A DNA stretch of 64,000 nt, from sequence record NC_026927.1; one strand, written 5' to 3'. Below the pieces are notes generated by a model, which had not been told where the DNA came from, did no database searches, and was given only the letters and a program-made list of their open reading frames with translations. Positions 7,668-16,877 of this stretch are shown in pieces; position 1 is the stretch's first letter; each line of letters starts with the position of its first letter. The position numbers were made by a program, and so were the translations under genes.

Positions 7668-10076
7668 ATGGCATTTAAGATTAATGGCGTAGTACGCATT
7701 GATAATAGTGGCAACGGTTTTCTGGGAATTGTAACCGCTACCGACGCTAATATCACAGGAGTTCTCACTGCCACTGAGGTGGATGCGAAAGTATCATCTA
7801 AGGCAATAACTGAACAAACAGATGGAACCGTAGATGATGTAACTGGTGCAGATGAACTATTACTATTAGATGCCGAGACTGGTGGATTACTAAGAGTATC
7901 AATAGATGAGTTCGTGCAGGGTTCAGGCATTGGAACTCTAGTAACGGACTTTGATAACTTAACTGTTACTGGTATCACAACCGTTGCCACCCTCAAAGGT
8001 ATTGGATCTAGTAATATCAGTGTAGGAAGTTCACTTTCCTTTGCTGATGGTACAGAGATCATCATGGGTGACTCTGGTGACTTCAGTATTCATCATGATG
8101 GTGATCATACTTACCTAGATGAGACGGGGCAGGGTAATCTAAAACTCCGTACAAATAACTTTAGAGTAACAAATATAGCAGAAACAAAACCAGCTATTAC
8201 AGCACAGGTTACTTCTGGTGTTGAGTTGTATTTTGATGGTAATAAGAAGATAGAAACTACAAATACTGGTGTTCTTGTGAGTGGTATGCTCACTGCTGAT
8301 AGATTAAGATCAGGTGATATTGCTGCTAGAAATGTAATCACACTGGGCATTACCACTATTCAAGATCACCTAGAGGTGAATGATAGTACTGGTTCTGGTA
8401 CCGAATACAATCTCAATGTTAAGACCAATGGTAGTTCTACCTTTGGTGTCTTAGGTAATGGAAATATTCTACTTGGAAACAGTTCCGGTGCTCCATTCAT
8501 GGCGACGAATGATCACCACGCAACTTCCAAGAAGTATGTGGATGATGCTATTGATGATTCCGTCAGCTACATCGGCGCTAGTGCTTGGGGTAGTGTTGCT
8601 GCTGATGGATCACTTCGGAATGGACTAAACTGCACAACTTCACAAACAAGTGGAGGGGTTTATCAAGTCACGTTCACAACTCCTCTTCCTAATGCAAACT
8701 ATGCTATCACTGGAGCATCTAGTGATAGTGCTTTCTGGGTAAAAGATGGTTCAGAAACAGTCAATGGATTTACAGTTTATATAGTTGATGTAGATGGAAA
8801 TTCAATAAATAGAGATTTATCCTTCGCCGTCTTCAGTGCCAACGCCATCGTGCCGCCGTCAGGCGTAGGCGCTGACGCCTGGGGAACATTCTCTGGAACG
8901 ACTGGCGACCTGCAAGCTGGGATGAATATCAGCTCAACTACACGTACTGCCCTAGGAGAATATGACGTAGAATTTATAACCGAGATGCCTTCGGACTCAG
9001 AATATGCCGTAACCGCAGTATCTAATGCAAGTCAAGCAAAGTTTATTAATATACGCAATAAGTCTACAAGTGGTTTTAAGGTTGTAACTAGAGATGGTTC
9101 TGGAAATATTTCTGACGGAGCCGTATCCTTTGCCGTCCACGCATCATCAACAGTCACGCCAACCTATACCTGGACACGCGACGGCACAACGCTGAAGACT
9201 GCTAATGATGGTGATGATGTAGAGGTGAACGGTCGGGGCCTTTTCGAAAGCAGCGAGCCGGCTGACTATGTTGTGAGAGTAAAAAACACCGACACAGGTA
9301 CTATCAATCCCGCATGTTTGCTGCTGGACATGCGAGATGTTGACGCTTCTAATAATTATTCAGCCTTAAGGGTAGTAGGTTACAACACTACAACAGGTCT
9401 TGATATAAATTCAGACGGCGCTATCACGGCTCAGGGGCAGATAACCGCAAACGTCAGTAACCAAGGCGGAGAGAATAGTGCAATCAAGGCAATTCAAACC
9501 AACTCCAACGGGTATGCGGTATGGGTTGGTGATGGACCTAACTCTACAGATAGAACCGCTTCTATAGGCCCTGATGGAAGAGCCACGTTTTCCTCCGGCA
9601 AAATTTCGCTGGGTCCGACCGGCTCGGGGACGTTTGCAGACAATAACATCTTCCTGCAGTCGGACGGACAAGTCAGATGCACGAACGTAATTACATCTTC
9701 AGCTTTGGCAGGCTCAGGCACCAGACCATTATATGTCGACTCATCTGGTGGTTTAACTATCAGCTCTTCTGATCGTAGTTTGAAGACGAACATCACTACT
9801 CTTCCTGATCAGATACAAGTAGTCAAAGCATTAAATCCCGTTTCGTTTAATTGGATAGAGAAAGAAAGACTAGGTGCAGGTCTTGAAATTGGATTTATTG
9901 CTCAAGAAGTAGAAGAAATCGTTCCTGAGGTTGTTCGTAGCACTGCCGGAATACTTTCAGTAGATTATGCAAAATTAACCGCAACTTTAACGTCTGCCCT
10001 ACAGGCAGCACTCACCCGCATCGAAGCCCTCGAAGCGAAAGTCCAATCACTCGAAGAAGGTGTGACACCTGACTAA
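7668..10076 (+). CDS. Tail fibre / receptor-binding protein with C-terminal intramolecular chaperone (peptidase S74)
   Basis: GITT-type fibre repeats and two AWG...G.Y.V.F.T modules. The C-terminus SSDRSLKTNI...GFIAQEVEEIVPEVV...VDYAKL ends in a coiled coil. A late promoter precedes it. Confidence 0.85.
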   Translation: MAFKINGVVRIDNSGNGFLGIVTATDANITGVLTATEVDAKVSSKAITEQTDGTVDDVTGADELLLLDAETGGLLRVSIDEFVQGSGIGTLVTDFDNLTVTGITTVATLKGIGSSNISVGSSLSFADGTEIIMGDSGDFSIHHDGDHTYLDETGQGNLKLRTNNFRVTNIAETKPAITAQVTSGVELYFDGNKKIETTNTGVLVSGMLTADRLRSGDIAARNVITLGITTIQDHLEVNDSTGSGTEYNLNVKTNGSSTFGVLGNGNILLGNSSGAPFMATNDHHATSKKYVDDAIDDSVSYIGASAWGSVAADGSLRNGLNCTTSQTSGGVYQVTFTTPLPNANYAITGASSDSAFWVKDGSETVNGFTVYIVDVDGNSINRDLSFAVFSANAIVPPSGVGADAWGTFSGTTGDLQAGMNISSTTRTALGEYDVEFITEMPSDSEYAVTAVSNASQAKFINIRNKSTSGFKVVTRDGSGNISDGAVSFAVHASSTVTPTYTWTRDGTTLKTANDGDDVEVNGRGLFESSEPADYVVRVKNTDTGTINPACLLLDMRDVDASNNYSALRVVGYNTTTGLDINSDGAITAQGQITANVSNQGGENSAIKAIQTNSNGYAVWVGDGPNSTDRTASIGPDGRATFSSGKISLGPTGSGTFADNNIFLQSDGQVRCTNVITSSALAGSGTRPLYVDSSGGLTISSSDRSLKTNITTLPDQIQVVKALNPVSFNWIEKERLGAGLEIGFIAQEVEEIVPEVVRSTAGILSVDYAKLTATLTSALQAALTRIEALEAKVQSLEEGVTPD

Positions 10077-10089
10077 CTGGCACAGGGGG

Positions 10090-10131
10090 TTGGCACCCTG
10101 GGGAATCTGTGTTATAATAAACACATAAATA
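10090..10131 (+). promoter_or_regulatory. psbA promoters: sigma70 early plus overlapping late
   Basis: TTGGCA-N17-TATAAT with TG extension (10090-10118), and CATAAATA at 10124-10131. Confidence 0.8.
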
Positions 10132-10162
10132 AGATATGTAAAGTTCTTATTACAACACTTCC

Positions 10163-10270
10163 ATCTAACCGAGACCTATGGGGAAGTAAAATACGTCTCT
10201 AATACCTACACCGGAGGGTGGTGTAGGAATAATACTATCGTCAGCTCCCCCTGGCACTACTTACCCTTTT
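10163..10270 (+). ncRNA. PhotoRC-II-like structured 5' leader of psbA
   Basis: Stems GAGAC(10171-75)/GTCTC(10195-99) and CCTACACC(10205-12)/GGTGTAGG(10220-27). The loop GGAGGGT is complementary to ACCCT(10263-67). Position directly 5' of a cyanophage psbA matches the known motif; the family assignment is from recall. Confidence 0.65.
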
Positions 10271-10276
10271 TACACA

Positions 10277-11356
10277 ATGGCTTCAACACTTACACGCCGT
10301 CAAGGCGCATCTATCTGGGATCAGTTTTGTTCCTGGGTCACATCAACCAACAATCGTCTTTACGTCGGTTGGTTCGGTGTTCTAATGATTCCTACATTGT
10401 TAGCCGCAACTGTATGTTTCATTATCGCTTTCGTGGGTGCTCCCCCAGTGGACATCGACGGAATCCGTGAACCAGTAGCTGGTTCACTCATGTATGGAAA
10501 CAACATCATCTCTGGTGCAGTTGTTCCTAGTTCAAACGCAATCGGTCTACACTTCTACCCAATCTGGGAAGCAGCCACACTCGACGAATGGCTCTACAAC
10601 GGTGGTCCTTTCCAACTAGTTGTCTTCCACTTCCTTATTGGTATCTACGCCTATATGGGACGTGAGTGGGAACTCTCTTATCGTTTAGGTATGAGACCTT
10701 GGATCTGTGTAGCATACTCTGCACCAGTTGCAGCAGCTTCAGCAGTATTCCTAGTCTATCCTTTCGGTCAAGGTTCATTCTCAGACGCGATGCCCTTGGG
10801 TATCTCTGGAACATTCAACTACATGTTGGTCTTCCAAGCAGAACATAACATCTTGATGCACCCCTTCCACATGTTGGGAGTCGCAGGTGTCTTCGGTGGT
10901 TCATTGTTCTCAGCGATGCATGGTTCACTTGTTACCTCTTCACTTGTCCGTGAGACAACTGAAACTGAGTCACAGAACTATGGTTACAAGTTCGGCCAAG
11001 AAGAAGAGACCTATAACATCGTGGCAGCCCATGGCTACTTCGGTCGTTTGATCTTCCAATACGCTTCATTCAACAACTCACGCTCACTCCACTTCTTCTT
11101 AGCCGCATGGCCAGTTGTGGGTATCTGGTTCACCGCACTTGGTGTTTCCACAATGGCATTCAACCTCAATGGTTTCAACTTCAACCAGTCTGTTATCGAC
11201 GGACAAGGTAGAGTATTGAACACCTGGGCGGATGTTCTTAACAGAGCTGGTCTTGGGATGGAAGTAATGCATGAGAGAAATGCACACAACTTCCCACTAG
11301 ATTTGGCAGCAGCTGAGTCCACACCAGTGGCTCTAATTGCACCATCTGTTGGTTGA
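10277..11356 (+). CDS. psbA: Photosystem II D1 protein
   Basis: Full-length D1 ([14 protein letters not shown]...[13 protein letters not shown]), uninterrupted. Confidence 0.99.
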   Translation: MASTLTRRQGASIWDQFCSWVTSTNNRLYVGWFGVLMIPTLLAATVCFIIAFVGAPPVDIDGIREPVAGSLMYGNNIISGAVVPSSNAIGLHFYPIWEAATLDEWLYNGGPFQLVVFHFLIGIYAYMGREWELSYRLGMRPWICVAYSAPVAAASAVFLVYPFGQGSFSDAMPLGISGTFNYMLVFQAEHNILMHPFHMLGVAGVFGGSLFSAMHGSLVTSSLVRETTETESQNYGYKFGQEEETYNIVAAHGYFGRLIFQYASFNNSRSLHFFLAAWPVVGIWFTALGVSTMAFNLNGFNFNQSVIDGQGRVLNTWADVLNRAGLGMEVMHERNAHNFPLDLAAAESTPVALIAPSVG

Positions 11357-11368
11357 TCACTCAACCTG

Positions 11369-11410
11369 TGGTATGATAAAGGGGGACTTCGGTCCCCTTT
11401 CTTTTTCTTT
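11369..11410 (+). terminator. psbA terminator abutted by an extended -10 box
   Basis: GGGGAC-TTCG-GTCCCC plus T-rich tail, with TG-G-TATGAT (11369-77) directly before the stem. Confidence 0.85.
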
Positions 11411-11426
11411 TGTAATGTAAAGTTTT

Positions 11427-11657
11427 ATGTCTCACGATCTAATCGAATTGCTCACTTACTATGTGATCGGTGGTGCCCTTATCATAGGACCACCCGCTAT
11501 CTTTCTCATCATTGCTATGATGGCAGCACTCCAAAATACGAAAGGTCGCATGGTTGGATACAAAGATCACAAAACTTATGGTGATTCATCCATCTACGAT
11601 CCGGCATCAAAATTGCCAGTAGATCAAACAAAATTCTTCTTGGAACTAAACAATTAA
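11427..11657 (+). CDS. Small membrane protein between psbA and psbD
   Basis: One hydrophobic segment (YYVIGGALIIGPPAIFLIIAMM). Confidence 0.7.
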   Translation: MSHDLIELLTYYVIGGALIIGPPAIFLIIAMMAALQNTKGRMVGYKDHKTYGDSSIYDPASKLPVDQTKFFLELNN

Positions 11658-11668
11658 GGTAAACAAAA

Positions 11669-12724
11669 ATGACTACAAGTACACTAACAACACCAACGAG
11701 GGGGTGGTATGATATTTTGGAAGACTGGCTTCTCAGAGATAGGTTTATCTTTATTGGCTGGTCTGGATTACTACTTCTTCCCACTGCTTATCTTGCCATT
11801 GGCGGCTGGCTTACTGGCACAACTTTTGTCACGAGTTGGTACACCCATGGTCTTGCTTCTTCCTATCTTGAGGGTGCTAACTTTCTCACAGCGGCTGTCT
11901 CGACTCCTGCTGATGCTATGGGTCATTCTCTTCTTCTACTTTGGGGTCCTGAATCTCAGGGCGACTTCCAGCGGTGGCTCCAACTTGGAGGGCTTTGGTC
12001 CTTTGTTGCTCTCCACGGTGCCTTCGCTCTGATTGGATTCATGCTTCGTCAGTTTGAACTGGCAAGACTCATTGGTATCCGTCCCTACAACGCTATTGCA
12101 TTCAGTGGTCCTATCGCTGTATTTGTCAGTGTGTTTCTTCTATACCCACTAGGTCAATCTTCCTGGTTCTTTGCCCCCTCCTTTGGTGTGGCAGCAATCT
12201 TTAGATTCCTATTGTTTCTTCAGGGTTTCCACAACTGGACACTGAACCCCTTCCATATGATGGGAGTTGCTGGTATACTAGGTGGAGCACTACTATCTGC
12301 AATCCATGGCGTTACTGTTGAAAATACCCTATATGAAGATGGAGAACAGAACAACACCTTCACTGCGTTCGATTCCACGCAGGAGGAAGAGACCTATTCG
12401 ATGGTTACTGCGAACCGCTTCTGGTCGCAAATCTTCGGGGTTGCGTTTAGTAATAAGCGTTGGCTTCACTTCTTTATGTTGTTTGTCCCTGTCATGGGTC
12501 TTTGGGTCTCAAGTATTGGCATCATTGGGCTTGCTCTTAATCTTCGTGCTTATGATTTTGTGAGCCAAGAGATTAGAGCAGCAGAAGATCCTGAGTTTGA
12601 AACTTTCTACACAAAGAACATCCTTCTTAACGAAGGACTAAGAGCATGGATGGCACCTGTGGATCAACCACATGAGTCATTTGTATTCCCAGAAGAAGTT
12701 CTACCTAGAGGTAACGCATTGTGA
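11669..12724 (+). CDS. psbD: Photosystem II D2 protein
   Basis: Full-length D2 ([14 protein letters not shown]...[11 protein letters not shown]). Confidence 0.99.
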   Translation: MTTSTLTTPTRGWYDILEDWLLRDRFIFIGWSGLLLLPTAYLAIGGWLTGTTFVTSWYTHGLASSYLEGANFLTAAVSTPADAMGHSLLLLWGPESQGDFQRWLQLGGLWSFVALHGAFALIGFMLRQFELARLIGIRPYNAIAFSGPIAVFVSVFLLYPLGQSSWFFAPSFGVAAIFRFLLFLQGFHNWTLNPFHMMGVAGILGGALLSAIHGVTVENTLYEDGEQNNTFTAFDSTQEEETYSMVTANRFWSQIFGVAFSNKRWLHFFMLFVPVMGLWVSSIGIIGLALNLRAYDFVSQEIRAAEDPEFETFYTKNILLNEGLRAWMAPVDQPHESFVFPEEVLPRGNAL

Positions 12725-12966
12725 TTAACGCACTCTTCACTTTTATATTTGCTGCGGTGATGTGGGTGCAAGTCCCACAGTGGCAGGATGATTGGTCTAA
12801 GTGCGCAGTAGATGTACCTGATGTTCAATGTCATTGGTATATCACAGCACCCGATAGCACCATGGGTGAAGGATTTAGTTGGGCGAATGCCCCTTGGTTC
12901 AGTGCTGAAGGTCTCCTTGATATTGGAGAACTTCACAACACAGTTCAATCACTTCAGGAGGCATGA
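12721..12966 (+). CDS. Hypothetical protein with a hydrophobic N-terminus
   Basis: GTG start overlaps the psbD stop; Trp/Cys-rich. Confidence 0.7.
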   Translation: MINALFTFIFAAVMWVQVPQWQDDWSKCAVDVPDVQCHWYITAPDSTMGEGFSWANAPWFSAEGLLDIGELHNTVQSLQEA

Positions 12967-13178
12967 TGAATATATTATTTTTAGTATTATACTTCGTCTG
13001 TTTCTGTCTCATTGCAGGTGGTGCCGCAGCTATGATGTATGCAAACATACAATCTATCTGGAACACACCACCTGCCCCACCTAAACCAATTCATCCTGAG
13101 GCACCTGCATCAGGTGAAGAGGTTATGTATGTCGATCTAACAAGAGAAAAACTGGAAGATTTGTATCATGAACATTGA
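12963..13178 (+). CDS. Small membrane protein, DUF2973-like
   Basis: TM segment followed by HPEAP...GEEVMYVDL. Confidence 0.55.
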   Translation: MMNILFLVLYFVCFCLIAGGAAAMMYANIQSIWNTPPAPPKPIHPEAPASGEEVMYVDLTREKLEDLYHEH

Positions 13179-13290
13179 ATATCTTTTAGGTTGGGTTGCT
13201 ATTCTTGTTTTGTTTATAGCAACACAGAATACCGATGATGACGATGATCCAGAAGGTGGTATGATGGTTCCTTCCACTCAATCTACATAA
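13168..13290 (+). CDS. 40-aa membrane peptide (…DDDDDPEGGMMVP)
   Basis: Translated by hand: TM segment plus acidic tail. Confidence 0.65.
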   Translation: MNIEYLLGWVAILVLFIATQNTDDDDDPEGGMMVPSTQST

Positions 13291-13300
13291 CAAAACTACA

Positions 13301-13328
13301 AGGGGATTGCTAACAATCCTCTTTTTTT
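13301..13328 (+). terminator. Rho-independent terminator
   Basis: GGGGATTG-CTAA-CAATCCTC plus T7. Confidence 0.8.
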
Positions 13329-13412
13329 GTATCGTTATTTTGTTTGATTGTTATATATTGTGTGTATTCTCACACAAACCATATACATAGAGTGTAGAAC
13401 AAGAGGAGTATT

Positions 13413-13613
13413 ATGTTATCACATAATCTTATTTCGCATAACCAATTAGAAGGTTGGCGAGAATCTTTTCAGAAGATAGATAAATCTACCAATAGAACAA
13501 CAGACGAACTAAACCTAATTAATGATTACTATGATTGCTTAATAGAGTGTGATGATAACCAATCAGCATGTAAGCGTATCTGTAAACATGTATTGACATC
13601 TCCACCAATTTAA
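13413..13613 (+). CDS. Cys-containing small protein of picocyanobacteria/cyanophages
   Basis: HNLISHNQLEGW...YYDCLIECDDNQSACKRIC. Confidence 0.7.
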   Translation: MLSHNLISHNQLEGWRESFQKIDKSTNRTTDELNLINDYYDCLIECDDNQSACKRICKHVLTSPPI

Positions 13614-13616
13614 ATA

Positions 13617-13652
13617 TGTTAGAATGGAGGGTATAACAACCCTCCTTTTTTT
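13617..13652 (+). terminator. Terminator preceded by an extended -10 box
   Basis: TG-T-TAGAAT (13617-25), then GGAGGGT/ACCCTCC plus T7. Confidence 0.8.
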
Positions 13653-13820
13653 ATGCGATTCGATTTAACCATGGATGATTATGCCATCATCCTCAACGCA
13701 TTACACTATTATAAGAAAGTAGAGAAGCGTGGCAACTTCAAGCAGTATAATGAGGAGCGAGTTAACGATCTTAGGGACCGAATGGCCCACCAAATCGTCT
13801 GGGAACAGGGTGAAGAGTAG
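13653..13820 (+). CDS. Small hypothetical protein (55 aa, MRFDLTMDDY...)
   Basis: Translated by hand; phage-like codon use. Confidence 0.65.
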   Translation: MRFDLTMDDYAIILNALHYYKKVEKRGNFKQYNEERVNDLRDRMAHQIVWEQGEE

Positions 13821-13935
13821 CAAATACCACCATTTTCAGGAACCTCTCACCAAACCTTTGGGATACACTATGGGAAAACGGGTTGTTGATCGCCTATAAT
13901 AAGGGGGTAGAACACAACTGGAGAGAAAATCCACT

Positions 13936-14319
13936 ATGAAAATCCAACAATCAATGCTTCGTCGTCTCGCCGCTAAGAAGGGGAAGAAGCAGAACGGATT
14001 CACACTAATTGAACTGATGGTGGTTGTTGCTATCGTTGGTGTATTGTCGGCTGTTGGTCTCCCTCAGCTATTGAAAGCACAAGACCGAGCAAAGATCTCA
14101 GTAGCACAACAGGAAGCAGTCAACTACGCTAAAGAGTGTTCTATCTCCATTCTTACAGGTGGCGATGGTCCTGTCGTTGCTAACTTTTCAACAGTTCCTG
14201 CCGACCAAACCTGTGCCGCTGGTACTGATGTAACCGCTTTATCTGATACTGAGACAGTAGTAACCTGGACAGTAGAAATGGAAGGCGGCATCCCTGGCGT
14301 TCCTTCTTCCGATGAGTGA
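13936..14319 (+). CDS. pilA: Type IVa prepilin (PilA-like)
   Basis: 21-aa basic leader ending in G, then FTLIELMVVVAIVGVLSAVGLP (G-1, F+1, E+5, P+22). It has two Cys and an RBS GGAGAG. Confidence 0.9.
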   Translation: MKIQQSMLRRLAAKKGKKQNGFTLIELMVVVAIVGVLSAVGLPQLLKAQDRAKISVAQQEAVNYAKECSISILTGGDGPVVANFSTVPADQTCAAGTDVTALSDTETVVTWTVEMEGGIPGVPSSDE

Positions 14320-14325
14320 TCTATT

Positions 14326-14889
14326 ATGAACCTAATGTCCACCATGGTGGGACTTAGCATCATGGGGGCTTCTGCCCCCGCTATGATGAAAATGTCCATG
14401 GCACCATATGAAGCACAACTAAGAGCACAAAACCTAGGTGTAGCCGAAACTGCTGCTGTAGTATTCGCCGCTACTTACGAAGGTAAGCTCGAACTCCCAG
14501 AAGATACAGACACCTGTGTATCAAAACTACGTGAAGGTACTGCAAACGCTTTTAGCGTTACCTGTACTGAAGGTGATGGTAGGTATGTTCAGTCTGTAAC
14601 TCGTGCATTCCGTCTAGCTGTTCCCGATGAAGGACTAGACGGTGGTAATGCAACTGATACAAGCAGAGAGTTTGCATTTGAAACTCCTACTCGTTTCTCA
14701 GGACACCAATGTCCTGGTTATGATTCCTGGGGAGTCAACGGTTACAATGACAAAAACTACTCTGCCTTAGGTGGAGCTTGTATTCCTAACGATGGATGGA
14801 ATCAAACTAATTATCAGTTCTCTGATCCAGACGCTTGGCTTTATGACATCAACAACCGTAATGGTTGGGGAGCACATCCTGACTACTAA
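14326..14889 (+). CDS. Pilin-like protein with a degenerate N-terminal helix
   Basis: MNLMSTMVGLSIMGASAP aligns in register with the FTLIELMVVVAIVG pilin helix but has no leader and no E5. It has four Cys and a C-terminal Trp/Tyr/Asn-rich domain. Confidence 0.55.
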   Translation: MNLMSTMVGLSIMGASAPAMMKMSMAPYEAQLRAQNLGVAETAAVVFAATYEGKLELPEDTDTCVSKLREGTANAFSVTCTEGDGRYVQSVTRAFRLAVPDEGLDGGNATDTSREFAFETPTRFSGHQCPGYDSWGVNGYNDKNYSALGGACIPNDGWNQTNYQFSDPDAWLYDINNRNGWGAHPDY

Positions 14890-15071
14890 TGATTGAGTTA
14901 CTCGCATCTAGCATTATCATTTACGGTAATGCCAACGGGGTGTGGTCTCCCTCACATCCCGATATTTATCCTTATTCAGAACCACCTACACGAGTAGAAA
15001 AACCTGAAACTCCAAAAACATCTACGACTAGCGGAAATGGAGATATCATTTTCCCTCAACTATTAGAATAA
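14889..15071 (+). CDS. Small hypothetical protein, third gene of the pilin operon
   Basis: TAATG coupling to the previous gene; hydrophobic start and Pro/Thr-rich tail. Confidence 0.55.
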   Translation: MIELLASSIIIYGNANGVWSPSHPDIYPYSEPPTRVEKPETPKTSTTSGNGDIIFPQLLE

Positions 15072-15092
15072 CTAAAACTAGGAAACACACAC

Positions 15093-15125
15093 AGGAGGGC
15101 AACCCTCCTTTTTTTGTGCTATAAT
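15093..15125 (+). terminator. Terminator closing the pilin operon, followed by an extended -10 box
   Basis: AGGAGGG-CAA-CCCTCCT plus T-run, then TG-C-TATAAT (15117-25). Confidence 0.85.
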
Positions 15126-15130
15126 TATAA

Positions 15131-15430
15131 GTGAGTTGTGAGATTTCTATGGACGAAAGAATAAGAACTTTATATGTCTTTCAGTCGGATGATCGTCTTA
15201 TAACTCATGACGGGCATGTCCAACTAGGTTGTCATAACATGACCATGGAAAAGTTTATGTCTTTCGATAGGGAGAATATCCGATACATCGAAACCTACTG
15301 GTTGCCTGATGTATTTGGAAATAGGTATAAGCGTTCTAACTTCCAAGCACACCAAAGGGTATCTGGGGAGAAGGGTGTATTAGAACTATCTAATAACCAA
15401 CCAGGAAACAGACTTGATAGGTCTGTATAA
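15131..15430 (+). CDS. Hypothetical protein
   Basis: ORF follows a promoter; the start codon is uncertain. Confidence 0.6.
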   Translation: MSCEISMDERIRTLYVFQSDDRLITHDGHVQLGCHNMTMEKFMSFDRENIRYIETYWLPDVFGNRYKRSNFQAHQRVSGEKGVLELSNNQPGNRLDRSV

Positions 15431-15458
15431 GGCACCTATATACACAAAAAGGATTCCT

Positions 15459-15668
15459 ATGGGACCTATAATTGTATTTGCTTGTTTTCTACCTATAGTT
15501 GCTATATTCATTGTAATAAAACTAGCTGTTTGGGTAGAAGCTGTTAACTCCGAAACAAACTATGTCAGAGAAGAACCTTCAAGACAACGAGGACCTTGGG
15601 TGGAAAACCCATATGAAGATATTGATGTTGAGGAAGAGGAGTATGGAGATCGCACAGACTATCGATGA
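15459..15668 (+). CDS. Small membrane protein (MGPIIVFACFLPIVAIFIV...)
   Basis: ATG after AAGGA; TM segment plus acidic tail. Confidence 0.65.
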   Translation: MGPIIVFACFLPIVAIFIVIKLAVWVEAVNSETNYVREEPSRQRGPWVENPYEDIDVEEEEYGDRTDYR

Positions 15669-15795
15669 AGCGATTAACGACTATTATTCGCTTCATGGAC
15701 TCCCTGTTCCCGATTGGAAACTGAAAAAGAATCCAGACTGGTGGATTGAATACTTACTTTCTCTTGGATTAACTGATAACAATGAACCCCTTTAA
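15643..15795 (+). CDS. Small hypothetical protein (MEIAQTIDEAINDYY...)
   Basis: ATG 15643 after GAGGAG. Confidence 0.65.
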   Translation: MEIAQTIDEAINDYYSLHGLPVPDWKLKKNPDWWIEYLLSLGLTDNNEPL

Positions 15796-15952
15796 GATAC
15801 TCGGACCTTTCCTGAACCTATTGGTGGTGTATAGTCTATGGTATTCTGACTTATACAGTAGGAATCGATACTACGCATATGGTATTGTACTACTACACAT
15901 TCTCGTACTGGCATCAATTCCAACCATACCCGCAATTCTATATTGGTATTAA
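15782..15952 (+). CDS. 56-aa two-TM membrane peptide
   Basis: Translated by hand (MNPFKILGPFLNLLVVYSLW...); fills the gap before talC. Confidence 0.5.
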   Translation: MNPFKILGPFLNLLVVYSLWYSDLYSRNRYYAYGIVLLHILVLASIPTIPAILYWY

Positions 15953-15954
15953 TT

Positions 15955-16605
15955 ATGAAGATCTTTTTAGACACCGCTGACCTGAATGAAATCAAAGAGG
16001 CATCATCCACTGGTTTGATTGATGGGGTGACTACCAACCCAACACTCATTCTAAGAAGTGGAAACACTCTGTACTCCACTGCAAAACTATTACAACTAGA
16101 ATACCCCACATTTGAGAGTATCTCCACTGAGGTGGTTGCAGATACCGCAGAGGAGATGGTAGAACAGGCACGTCAGTACCTTGATATTGGACCTGCAATC
16201 ACTGTTAAGGTTCCTTGTACTGTAGAGGGTCTTAAGGCGTGTAGAACACTCTCAGAGGAGGGTGTGAAGACCAATGTGACCCTTGTGTTCTCTGTATCCC
16301 AGGCTATCCTGGCAGCTAAGTCAGGAGCCACCTACGTGTCTCCCTTTGTTGGTAGGGTGAATGATAACTCCTTCAGTGGAGTTGCACTTATCCAAGCTAT
16401 CTCAGAGACCTTCTCCCTACACAGGGTGAAGACAGAGGTATTGGCAGCTTCAGTTCGTGAAGCAAACCAAGTAGGACGTTGTTTTGCAGCTGGTGCTGAC
16501 ATTTGTACCATCCCAACCAAAGTATTCTGGAAGATGTACGAGCACATTCTCACAGAGAAAGGTTTAGAACTCTTCCAAAAGGACTGGGAGAACTCAGTAC
16601 GATAA
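15955..16605 (+). CDS. talC: Transaldolase (TalC/FSA family)
   Basis: KIFLDTAD, GVTTNPTLI, Schiff-base VKVP, YVSPFVGR. Confidence 0.96.
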   Translation: MKIFLDTADLNEIKEASSTGLIDGVTTNPTLILRSGNTLYSTAKLLQLEYPTFESISTEVVADTAEEMVEQARQYLDIGPAITVKVPCTVEGLKACRTLSEEGVKTNVTLVFSVSQAILAAKSGATYVSPFVGRVNDNSFSGVALIQAISETFSLHRVKTEVLAASVREANQVGRCFAAGADICTIPTKVFWKMYEHILTEKGLELFQKDWENSVR

Positions 16606-16633
16606 AGTGTGAATATTCACACTTTAAGTATTA

Positions 16634-16641
16634 TATAAATA
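16634..16641 (+). promoter_or_regulatory. T4-type late promoter
   Basis: TATAAATA. Confidence 0.7.
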
Positions 16642-16668
16642 TTAAAGAATACATATTTCTTTGCATAA

Positions 16669-16875
16669 ATGAAACGTCCAGCCTTTTATTTGGTTGCGAG
16701 TGTTGTTATTGTTCAGATGTTAATGGCGGCGGGGGTATTATTTGGTTGTTTTGCACGACCGGATCCCCGTTGTACCGGAGATAAAGCATCTGATTTACTG
16801 AATAATATTATTGTACAAACTTTCGCACTCTATGCGGCTGAGAAAGTTTCCCATAAAGATGATAAACAAGTATAG
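16669..16875 (+). CDS. Small late membrane protein
   Basis: Hydrophobic N-terminus, FALYAAEK, charged C-tail. Confidence 0.65.
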   Translation: MKRPAFYLVASVVIVQMLMAAGVLFGCFARPDPRCTGDKASDLLNNIIVQTFALYAAEKVSHKDDKQV

Positions 16876-16877
16876 TG

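Noticed and set aside
10277-12724. Group I intron in psbA/psbD or an adjacent F-CphI-type endonuclease
   Set aside because: Both ORFs are full length and uninterrupted, and the intervening ORF is a small membrane protein.
14317-14328. Stop-codon read-through fusing the pilin to the pilin-like gene (same frame, TGA TCT ATT ATG)
   Set aside because: In-frame spacing has a one-in-three chance, there is no read-through context signal, and a fused product would bury the second hydrophobic N-terminus.
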